41,455 bases of DNA from an uncultured Methanosarcinales archaeon. Its GTDB lineage: Archaea > Nanobdellota > Nanobdellia > Woesearchaeales > CAYPCY01. The position numbers and the translations under genes were made by a program. How positions within the stretch are numbered: the stretch's first letter is position 1; every line of letters starts with the position of its first letter. The notes beneath the pieces were generated by a model that saw only the letters and a program-made list of their open reading frames with translations, searched no databases and had not been told where the DNA came from. Below, piece after piece: positions 10,396 through 18,316 of this stretch. The stretch is taken from NCBI GenBank assembly GCA_964409385.1, contig CAYPCY010000001.1, forward strand, positions 1-41,455. Reading direction: 5' to 3'.

Positions 10396-11709
10396 TTATT
10401 TCTTTAGAAAACTAAATAGGCTTTTCTTTTGTACTTTTTCTTTTGCTAATTCATTTATTTCCTGGAGTATTTTTGTTTTTTCTCCTGGGAATTTTGAGTC
10501 ATTTATTGTTTGTGCTGCTTTTGTTGATTGTGTGTATATAATTAGTTTTTCTTGGTCTGTTATGTCTAAACTTTTTACTATTTTTAGTAATTGATTAACT
10601 TGCGGATTGTCTGGAGATTTTATTATTATATTACTTAGATCGTCTGCTATTGCTTTTATTGAATTATCATTTGACACTTTATATTCTGTTAATTCTTTCA
10701 TATAATCTACTGCTTTATTATAATCATGTTGGTTTGCATAATGTTGTGCGTGTTTTTCTATTTGTTGTGGTACGAATTTTTTAAAACTAATTATATGTTG
10801 GTAAACATCAAAGTGATAATTTAAACTATCATTTGTTATGTTTTCGAATAGGTCTTGTAAATGTTGATAATCTTGTACCTTTACCGTTTTTGTTGAGTCA
10901 TACTTTGCAAGATCTGTCATTCTAGTTAGGATTTCATTAAATAAACTGGTTGTTTCGCTCTTAAAGTCTGATTGTCTGTGTGAAATATCTTTGTTTACTG
11001 ATCTTAGTACATTGTCTAAATAGTTTACGAAGTTTGTTAAGTAGGCTATATCTTTTGCTTGAACTTTTGAGGCCATAGTCACATTTTGATTGTTTATTGT
11101 TGATTGATGTGCAGTTAGTATTTTCATACTATTTGCAATTTTTGTCATTGTAAAATCTTCAATTTTTTGTTTTAGTTTCTTTACTGATGGTGTTTTCATT
11201 TGTTTAATTGCTTTTTTCATGTTTTCTTCTGCATATTTGAAGTCATTAGTTTCTAATGCATTATCTGCTGCTATAATTAATGCTCTTATTGTTGACACGT
11301 CTTGGTTTATTGCTCTCCAGTCATTGTATACTTTTAGTAGGTTATCTGTTTTAGTGTCTACTGAGATTTCTGATAGTGCGTTCCTGAAGTCTTTTAGTAG
11401 TGAGTCTACTTCATTAGTTTTGTCTTCTTGTGAGAATATTGAAATTTCTAAAGAGTCTGATAATGCAAGAAAATCCTGGATTTTCTTCATTGTTTCTTCT
11501 TCTGCTTTCTTTTCTGTTGTTATTACTTGTGTTACTTGTTTAGGATTTTTATAATTGTATTTTGAAAGGTCTGCATTTTTCATTTGTGGCCAGAATTGAA
11601 ATGTTGCCAATCCCATTATTAGCGCAGCTGCAAATGCTTTGTTTGTGACTGTTTTCTTCACGGTTTGTAGCCCGTCTAGGAGCATATCCCTGAATTCTCC
11701 GTATGCCAT
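10396..11709 (-). CDS. hypothetical alpha-helical protein with N-terminal TM/signal and amphipathic C-terminal tail
   Basis: 437-aa ORF; hydrophobic AFAAALIMGLATFQFW; ends KKSLFSFLKK. Confidence 0.75.
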   Translation of the reverse strand: MAYGEFRDMLLDGLQTVKKTVTNKAFAAALIMGLATFQFWPQMKNADLSKYNYKNPKQVTQVITTEKKAEEETMKKIQDFLALSDSLEISIFSQEDKTNEVDSLLKDFRNALSEISVDTKTDNLLKVYNDWRAINQDVSTIRALIIAADNALETNDFKYAEENMKKAIKQMKTPSVKKLKQKIEDFTMTKIANSMKILTAHQSTINNQNVTMASKVQAKDIAYLTNFVNYLDNVLRSVNKDISHRQSDFKSETTSLFNEILTRMTDLAKYDSTKTVKVQDYQHLQDLFENITNDSLNYHFDVYQHIISFKKFVPQQIEKHAQHYANQHDYNKAVDYMKELTEYKVSNDNSIKAIADDLSNIIIKSPDNPQVNQLLKIVKSLDITDQEKLIIYTQSTKAAQTINDSKFPGEKTKILQEINELAKEKVQKKSLFSFLKK

Positions 11710-11710
11710 T

Positions 11711-13255
11711 TTATCTTTTTAGAAATGAGAAGAATCCTTTCTTCTTTGTTATTTTTTTCTCGTATTCTATGATTTTTTCTTCTATTGTTGTTTTAGAGTC
11801 GCTGTCTTGTTGTACTTTTAATGCATCTTTTGCATATTTTATTATTACTTTCTTGTTTTCTTTTGATAAGTCACTGTCTGAAACGTCTTCGAATAAGTTC
11901 CATACGTCTGAGTATGTACTGTCTGAATTTTGTGTTATTAGTATTCCTATTTTCTTTCCTAATGTTTTTGCTATGTCTTTTTCTGCATCATTCACTTCTA
12001 ACTTTAGATTTTTGTGTAATTCTTTTGTTTCTTTTAATAGTTTTATTGCTGTTTTTCCATCTATTTTTATTTGTTCTATTCTGTTTAGACTGTCTAAGTC
12101 TGCAGTTACTAGTTTTTCTGCTTCTACTATTCTTAATAATGCTATGTTCTTGCTTGTTTTTAGGATTTCAGGAGTGCTTGTTTTCATAAAACTTCTTGCT
12201 ATGCTTAAGTATTCTTCAGAATTATCGTATGAGAATCCTTCTGCTGATTTTACGGCTGAATTTAAGAGTGATTTTTGAAGATTTTCTTTTGCAAAATTCA
12301 TTTTTGTTATCATATTGTTTCCTAGATAATTCTTGAATGATGCAATCATATTATATGCTTCTATGGCATCTTTAAATTGTGCTTGTGGCTTTTGTCCTAT
12401 TGAGAAGTTAGTGTCTGCATATTGTACTAGCTTGTTAGTGTATGCCATCATTGATCCTAGTATTGAGTTTATTTCTGTTTTAAGATCACTTATTGCTGCA
12501 TCGTGATATGGGTTTTGAACATCTTTGACTGGTAGTAAGCTCATAATTTCTGTAAGGTTGTAATAAACCTTTTTTATATCGTCATGATTTAATTGTGGTG
12601 TGGTCATATGATCTATTATTTTTAGTACGTCTTGGAATTGTAAGAATGCATATTTTGCCAGGCCTTCGTCTTCATCACTTATTAAGAATGTTTTATTTAT
12701 TAAGTCTATATCTCCCTTGTCTATATGTTTCATTGCTAAATCTTTTTTTACGCTTTGAAAATTGTCTTGGATTTGTTTTCTTAAATCTAGTAAATGGTCT
12801 ACTTGGTCATGAACTATTTTTTGTTGTTTTGCAAATTCTACATCTTTCATTGCTAGCGCGACTGAATCCATCACTGCTAATTCTTTATCTATATTTTTCT
12901 TTAGTGTTATTACATCAACAGTGTCTGGAGTTGATATGACCATTGAGATGTGTTTTCCTAACGATTCTATTCCTTTTTCTATTGTTGTTTCTGTCTTGTC
13001 TCTTAGGTTGTTTATTGTTTGTATATCTACTTTGTTTTGTGTCTGGTCCATTACATATTCTGTTTTTGCTTTTGTTAATTGAGTGTCTAAATCTGCTGCT
13101 TTTTTGAAGAATGTGCTTGGTGTTTGTGCGGATAGTGCTGATGATATTGCTACTAATCCTGCTAGTGTTAAAACTCTTGCTCTTTTTGAGAAACTTTTTT
13201 TTGTTGCATATATTAAATTTGTGAAAGAATCTTTTATTTTTGGTAGTTTTTTCAT
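11711..13255 (-). CDS. hypothetical alpha-helical protein with signal peptide and amphipathic C-terminal tail
   Basis: 514-aa ORF; GAGGT ribosome-binding site upstream; VLTLAGLVAISSALSA signal-like segment; ends KKGFFSFLKR; 1 nt from the next gene. Confidence 0.78.
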   Translation of the reverse strand: MKKLPKIKDSFTNLIYATKKSFSKRARVLTLAGLVAISSALSAQTPSTFFKKAADLDTQLTKAKTEYVMDQTQNKVDIQTINNLRDKTETTIEKGIESLGKHISMVISTPDTVDVITLKKNIDKELAVMDSVALAMKDVEFAKQQKIVHDQVDHLLDLRKQIQDNFQSVKKDLAMKHIDKGDIDLINKTFLISDEDEGLAKYAFLQFQDVLKIIDHMTTPQLNHDDIKKVYYNLTEIMSLLPVKDVQNPYHDAAISDLKTEINSILGSMMAYTNKLVQYADTNFSIGQKPQAQFKDAIEAYNMIASFKNYLGNNMITKMNFAKENLQKSLLNSAVKSAEGFSYDNSEEYLSIARSFMKTSTPEILKTSKNIALLRIVEAEKLVTADLDSLNRIEQIKIDGKTAIKLLKETKELHKNLKLEVNDAEKDIAKTLGKKIGILITQNSDSTYSDVWNLFEDVSDSDLSKENKKVIIKYAKDALKVQQDSDSKTTIEEKIIEYEKKITKKKGFFSFLKR

Positions 13256-13346
13256 GTGTATACCTCTTTAACTTAATTTTCCTTCTTTTACTATTTAAAA
13301 TCTTCGTTTTAGTAAAGTTTATATAGATTTAATTTAGAATCTAATT

Positions 13347-15197
13347 ATGAATAAATTTATCATTCCTTTTTTTGTTTTTTTAATTACTATTTTTACTTCT
13401 TTAGCATTAAGTCCTTTTGAACCTTTGTTTGGGAGTGCTTCTGGACTTGGAGATATTTATTCCAGGGCGCCTGCTCTTATTGATTCTATTTTGTATTTGG
13501 TGTTTTTTATTAGTTTGTGCTTGTTTTCTTTGGAGAAGGTTTTTTCTAAGGGTGGTGAGGTTAACAAGTATGGTAAGACTATTGCTGTTGTTTTGGGTAT
13601 TGCTCTTGCTATAGCAGCTAGTATTTGGAGTACTGTTACTGGTTTTAATCTTGCTAATTTTGGTTGGTTGGCGGGAATGTTGTTTATTGGTTTTATTTTT
13701 GCTGCTGTTTTTAAGATTGTTAAGGTTTTAGGTGGTAATAATAGGAAGGCTGAGGCTGTTGCTTATGTTATTATTTACTTTTGTGCTTTTTGGGTGTTTC
13801 CTGTAGTTGCTGAATTACTTGCTAAGATTCCTTGGTTGACTTTAATTTTTAGTTTATTGTTTGTTATTGCTTTGTTGTATTTGTTTACCAGTATTTTTTC
13901 TAAGATTAAACTTGCTGGTGGTGGTTCTGGAAGTTCTGGTGGGGGAGTTAGTAAACCTAGAGAGAAGAAGCCTGGTTGGACTAGTAAGGCTAAATTATGG
14001 TTTAATAAAAGGGGAGTTAGTAAAGTCAGTGATGAGATTAAGTCTATAGAGAATAGGTTTGATAGAAAAGAGAAAAGAAGTATTAAAGAAATAACAGATA
14101 GTATTAATAGTCTTACGAAGACTGGTAAACAAATTATTGAGGTTAAGGATGCACTTTCTAGGTTAGAATCTAGTTCTGATATTGATGATAATATTAGGAA
14201 GGAAATTGATGATCTTAAGAAAGAATTGGATTCTTTGGATGCTGACAGGACTAAATTATCTTTAAGGATTAGTGAAGAATTGAAGGAACTTGGAGATTTG
14301 GAAGCTACTAAGATTAAGGTTTATCAGGAAGAGTATGAACATGTTAAGAAGAGTTTAGATGAGTTAATTAAGGGTCTTGAGAAAGAGGGTAATGCTCTTA
14401 GTGATGATATTGGTAACATAAGTCTTCCTAAAGGTTCTAATCCTGAACTTGTTGAAGCGAGAAAGGATATTCTTGAGTTATTAACTAGTGCTAATTCATT
14501 ACTTGAAGAGAAGAAGTCTAAGATTGATGAGATTAATCATAAGTTGTTATATGTTGTTGGTCAGGAGAATGAGACTAGGGATAAGTTGAAGATTGCTCAG
14601 ACTCTTTGGGATAAGATTAAAGTAGATAAGGAGATGACTAAGGATCAATTAAAGGTTATTAATGAATTAGGGGAGAAGTTTGTTGAAATTAATTTTGATG
14701 AAACTGAACAAGACAAGTATATTAGTAATGTTGCTAAGTATATTAAAGGGTTTGAGGAAGAACTTAATAAGGTGAAGACTGATTATTTTGATAAGGTTAG
14801 AAAGAGTATTGGTGAGTTGAATAAAGCTGTTAGTACTCCTGTTGAAGGGGTTAAGGAAGAAAAAGGAAAAACGTCTAAAACAACTAAGGAAGAATCAATT
14901 TCTAAGAATGAGTTTGCTGAAAAAATCAGAATTGGTTTCGAAACTTTAGGGTTGATTAATGCAACTATTAAATTTTTAAAATCTAGTGTGGTATCTGAGC
15001 CTGAAGCTTCGAAAAAAGGCAGTATTTCAAAAGAAAAATTTGATGATTTAAATGATAAAAAAGACAGATATGAAAAAAAATTAACTGAAATGCAAACTTC
15101 TGATTCTGTCAATGAGAAAGAAGTAACAGAACTAATACAATCCATTGAAAGATTATATACTAATTGTATTAATCTTAAAAAAATACATTCTGAATAA
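13347..15197 (+). CDS. multi-TM membrane protein with Gly linker and long coiled-coil C-terminus (paralog of 4945..6711)
   Basis: Shared N-terminal ~190-aa TM domain, GGGSGSSGGG linker, ~400 aa of K/E-rich heptad-like sequence. Confidence 0.82.
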   Translation: MNKFIIPFFVFLITIFTSLALSPFEPLFGSASGLGDIYSRAPALIDSILYLVFFISLCLFSLEKVFSKGGEVNKYGKTIAVVLGIALAIAASIWSTVTGFNLANFGWLAGMLFIGFIFAAVFKIVKVLGGNNRKAEAVAYVIIYFCAFWVFPVVAELLAKIPWLTLIFSLLFVIALLYLFTSIFSKIKLAGGGSGSSGGGVSKPREKKPGWTSKAKLWFNKRGVSKVSDEIKSIENRFDRKEKRSIKEITDSINSLTKTGKQIIEVKDALSRLESSSDIDDNIRKEIDDLKKELDSLDADRTKLSLRISEELKELGDLEATKIKVYQEEYEHVKKSLDELIKGLEKEGNALSDDIGNISLPKGSNPELVEARKDILELLTSANSLLEEKKSKIDEINHKLLYVVGQENETRDKLKIAQTLWDKIKVDKEMTKDQLKVINELGEKFVEINFDETEQDKYISNVAKYIKGFEEELNKVKTDYFDKVRKSIGELNKAVSTPVEGVKEEKGKTSKTTKEESISKNEFAEKIRIGFETLGLINATIKFLKSSVVSEPEASKKGSISKEKFDDLNDKKDRYEKKLTEMQTSDSVNEKEVTELIQSIERLYTNCINLKKIHSE

Positions 15198-15355
15198 TTT
15201 TTTTTATTTTTTTCTTGTTTTATATTGGTTTACCAATAAAATAAAACTTTTAGTTTTTAACAAAAACTTATAAACAAACTATAAAATATTATAGGATTCC
15301 CAATAAATGAAACAAAAACAATCAATTTTTTAAAAACATAAAACAATAAACTAAC

Positions 15356-15520
15356 ATGAAAGAAATAATATATGAACCAATACACTATGACAGTTTAAAG
15401 GCCTTCTGTGATCTTTACAATTTACAAGACATTAAAGAAGAAGAGTTAATAGAAATGATTGAGGAATTCAATACTTTAGTAATGAAAGGACAATTAGAAG
15501 ATCTGCTAGATTCTGATTAA
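15356..15520 (+). CDS. small acidic protein (54 aa), absent from the ORF track
   Basis: MKEIIYEPIHYDSLKAFCDLYNLQDIKEEELIEMIEEFNTLVMKGQLEDLLDSD*, read manually. Confidence 0.55.
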   Translation: MKEIIYEPIHYDSLKAFCDLYNLQDIKEEELIEMIEEFNTLVMKGQLEDLLDSD

Positions 15521-15552
15521 AAACTACTTTTTTCTAACAAAACAACAAAGTA

Positions 15553-15560
15553 TTTATAAA
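15553..15560 (+). promoter_or_regulatory. TATA box of the recombinase gene
   Basis: TTTATAAA ending 32 nt upstream of ATG 15592, with an A-rich BRE-like stretch before it. Confidence 0.6.
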
Positions 15561-15564
15561 GAAA

Positions 15565-15592
15565 CATTCGTATAATGTATATTATACGAACA
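15565..15592. other. dif: dif-like tyrosine-recombinase site (11-6-11)
   Basis: CATTCGTATAA-TGTATA-TTATACGAACA; perfect 9-bp inverted arms; ATAA-TGTATA-TTAT core as in E. coli dif; abuts the recombinase ATG. Confidence 0.8.
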
Positions 15593-16386
15593 TGTTAGCT
15601 AAATTAAAGACAGAATTAGCCTTGAGAGGCTTTTCTGACCAAACAAAAAAGACATATTATAGACTTAATAAGAAATTCTTAGCTTTAGCTAAATTAAATG
15701 AAGAACAAATCAATGAAGAGATTATAAAGAAATACCTGGCCTATTTAATACAAAAAGGCCTTTCACCAAGGTCTTTAGCTTTAGAGAAGGCCGCTTTACT
15801 ATTCTATTATAATGAAGTCTTAGAAAGAAACTATAAAAAAATTAAAACTCCTAAGATTCCTAAATCATTACCTACAGTATTGACTAAAGAAGAAGTTAAA
15901 CTAATGTTTAATGCTTCAAGTACTAAGAAAAGCAAACTAATCTTAGAATTATTATATTCCTCAGGATTAAGAGTTTCCGAACTTACTAAACTAAAAAAGG
16001 AAGATATAGACTTTGAGAATGATACTGCATGGGTTAGATATGGTAAAGGTGGAAAAGATAGACTAATAATACTATCTAAAAAATTAAATCAAAGACTAAA
16101 AGTTTTAAGCGGGAATATATATATTTTTGAATACAAAAACAAGCCTATTTCAGAACGTAACATACAGTTAATAGTTAGCAGAACAGCAAAAAAAACAAGA
16201 ATAAATAAGAAAGTAACACCGCATACTTTAAGACATAGTTTTGCCACTCACCTACTCGACGAAGGTGCAGATATCAGAGTAATTCAAGAGCTTTTAGGAC
16301 ACGAAAACTTACAAACCACCCAAATATATACTCATATATCAACAGAGGCTAAAAAACGAATTAAAAACCCACTTGATACATTATAA
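15592..16386 (+). CDS. xerA: XerA/XerC-D family tyrosine recombinase with N-terminal SAM-like domain
   Basis: SGLRVSEL (R), GKGGKDR (K), HTLRHSFATH, LLGH, TTQIYTH (Y); no integron-integrase insertion seen. Confidence 0.85.
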   Translation: MLAKLKTELALRGFSDQTKKTYYRLNKKFLALAKLNEEQINEEIIKKYLAYLIQKGLSPRSLALEKAALLFYYNEVLERNYKKIKTPKIPKSLPTVLTKEEVKLMFNASSTKKSKLILELLYSSGLRVSELTKLKKEDIDFENDTAWVRYGKGGKDRLIILSKKLNQRLKVLSGNIYIFEYKNKPISERNIQLIVSRTAKKTRINKKVTPHTLRHSFATHLLDEGADIRVIQELLGHENLQTTQIYTHISTEAKKRIKNPLDTL

Positions 16387-16406
16387 AACAACCAGTAACA
16401 GCAACG

Positions 16407-16480
16407 ATATATATTGGTAATACAATCTATTGTATAAACTATATATAGTTAATCCTATTAATAGGAAAACCGATATATTT
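16407..16480. repeat. array of five palindromic CNAT-NN-ATNG boxes with exact 16-bp period
   Basis: ATATATATTG(16407), CAATCTATTG(16423), CTATATATAG(16439), CTATTAATAG(16455), CGATATATTT(16471); the middle three extend to 14-16-bp palindromes. Confidence 0.72.
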
Positions 16481-16511
16481 AAATACTAAAAAGATTTTAA
16501 AAAACAATAAA

Positions 16512-16826
16512 ATGAAGAATTCAAAATATATGGAATTGAAAGGTTTTTTATCCTTTTTAATACTTCACGAGCTGAGCAAACACCGTCACTGTGGAGATGA
16601 TTTAGCCATAAAGATAGGTAAGAGAAAAAAAGGAAAATTAACCCCTGGAACTATATACCCAGCACTAAAAGATTTAAGAAATTCAAAATTAATCAAGTAC
16701 AAGAAGCATGGTAGAAAAAAGGTTTATCAATTAACCGATTCTGGAACTAAAGAGTTAAAGTTATTATATTCTAATTTCAGTAATTATTTTTTTGGATTAA
16801 AACATAAAATTAGAAGGAAGAATTAA
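16512..16826 (+). CDS. PadR family transcriptional regulator
   Basis: L.FLIL.EL...G..L, PGTIYPALKDL, RKKVYQLT..G wHTH signature. Confidence 0.9.
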   Translation: MKNSKYMELKGFLSFLILHELSKHRHCGDDLAIKIGKRKKGKLTPGTIYPALKDLRNSKLIKYKKHGRKKVYQLTDSGTKELKLLYSNFSNYFFGLKHKIRRKN

Positions 16827-17322
16827 CTAATGTTTTAGCTAAAGAACTATTAATACCAACCACATTCTCTCTAGTCTGTAAATCTTTAAATTTCAAGTCT
16901 AAATGTAATTTAATACTCCCATTATAAATTTGTTTTAAAACAGGAATTCCCTTCAAAACAATATTATCAACAGTATCCTCCACCAAATCATAAGTATAAG
17001 CTAACTTCCTAGCCAGTTCCTCAATAGAAACACCCGAATCATTAGAATACAATATTAAAAACACTTCCTGCTCTTTAGGAGTTAAATGAATCTTCTTAAT
17101 ATCAGAATTACCAAATAATTTAGTATCAATAAAATCCAACCTTTCAGAAATTTTATCTAATTTCTTCTCTAATTCGCACAAAAATTCATAATTACCCTGA
17201 ATCTCATTAGTATTCCTGTTTATAGCATCTAAATGATCATCAAACTCTTCCTTTATTGCCTTAAAGATCCTTTTTGAATCTTCAGAAGTTAATTCGTCTA
17301 TGTTAATCACCCAACTATTCAT
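16810..17322 (-). CDS. coiled-coil plus winged-HTH hypothetical protein
   Basis: N-terminal heptad region; LTPKEQEVFLILY...SIEELARKL HTH-like C-terminal domain. Confidence 0.7.
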   Translation of the reverse strand: MNSWVINIDELTSEDSKRIFKAIKEEFDDHLDAINRNTNEIQGNYEFLCELEKKLDKISERLDFIDTKLFGNSDIKKIHLTPKEQEVFLILYSNDSGVSIEELARKLAYTYDLVEDTVDNIVLKGIPVLKQIYNGSIKLHLDLKFKDLQTRENVVGINSSLAKTLVNSSF

Positions 17323-17387
17323 TTGAATAAATGTTTAAAAATATTTCTATAACAAGATTTAATTATTACCTATAATTAAAAAAATAA

Positions 17388-17969
17388 ATGAACAAGAAAC
17401 AATTAGCGATTAAACTTTCAAAATTAGAACAATTAAAAGAACATAATCAAAAACTAGAACAATACACTACACCAAGCGAAACAGCAGCTTCAATATTATG
17501 GCATGCTTTCATGAATAATAACATAAAAAATAAAACAATAGCAGATCTTGGATGTGGATCAGGCATTCTAGGCAAAGGAGCTTTACTCTTAGGCGCTAAA
17601 ACAGTTTATTTCATAGATATAGATGAAAAAGCCATAAAAACAGCTAAAAACAATTCTAAAGAAGGAATTTTCATAAACAAAGACATTTCATTATTTAATG
17701 AAAAAGTAGACACCATAATCCAAAATCCACCCTTTGGAACTATTAATAAACATATAGATCAACAATTCCTAAATAAAGCATTCAAACTATCAAAAAACAT
17801 TTACTCAATCCATAAAACTTCCACAAAACCATTTCTTGAAAAACTAGCAAGAAAACACAATTTTAAAGTTCAAAGTACCGACTTTTTATTCAGAATACCC
17901 AATGTTCTAGAAAAACACAAGAAAAAAGCAGTATTCATTGAAACCTCATTATTCATTTTTAAACAGTAA
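17388..17969 (+). CDS. METTL5-family N6-adenine RNA methyltransferase
   Basis: LEQYTTP, ADLGCGSG SAM motif, QNPPFG. Confidence 0.92.
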   Translation: MNKKQLAIKLSKLEQLKEHNQKLEQYTTPSETAASILWHAFMNNNIKNKTIADLGCGSGILGKGALLLGAKTVYFIDIDEKAIKTAKNNSKEGIFINKDISLFNEKVDTIIQNPPFGTINKHIDQQFLNKAFKLSKNIYSIHKTSTKPFLEKLARKHNFKVQSTDFLFRIPNVLEKHKKKAVFIETSLFIFKQ

Positions 17970-18001
17970 ACTATATAAACCAAGTTTTTTTCCAGTCTTT
18001 C

Positions 18002-18274
18002 ATGGAACTTAACATTCTCGAGAATAAAAAGACAAGAATGGTTTTTGAATTAAAAGGAGAAGATCACACATTCTGTAACGTGTTAAAAGAAGAACTTCTA
18101 ACTAATAAAAAAGTTGAAATAGCAACTTACGCAATCACTCATCCTCTAATACGAATTCCAAAGTTCATAATTGAAACTACTGATTCTGAAACCCCAAAGA
18201 AAGCATTAGACAAAGCAGTAATTTCACTTAAAAAAAGAAATGATGAATTCTTAAAAATAGTTAAAAAAGTTTAG
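18002..18274 (+). CDS. rpoL: DNA-directed RNA polymerase subunit L (Rpo11)
   Basis: GEDHTFCNVL...A.Y.I.HPL. Confidence 0.95.
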   Translation: MELNILENKKTRMVFELKGEDHTFCNVLKEELLTNKKVEIATYAITHPLIRIPKFIIETTDSETPKKALDKAVISLKKRNDEFLKIVKKV

Positions 18275-18316
18275 AACAACAAAACTTATATATATTAATT
18301 ATTCTAATTCTTGACT

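Noticed and set aside
15562..15596. Cloning-vector loxP contamination
   Set aside because: The outer ATAAC/GTTAT arms and two spacer bases differ from loxP, no vector sequence flanks it, and it is embedded between a native TATA box and ATG
15592..16386. Integron integrase or proviral integrase
   Set aside because: No IntI-specific insertion is evident, no cassette array or viral/plasmid genes are adjacent, and no flanking att duplication was seen
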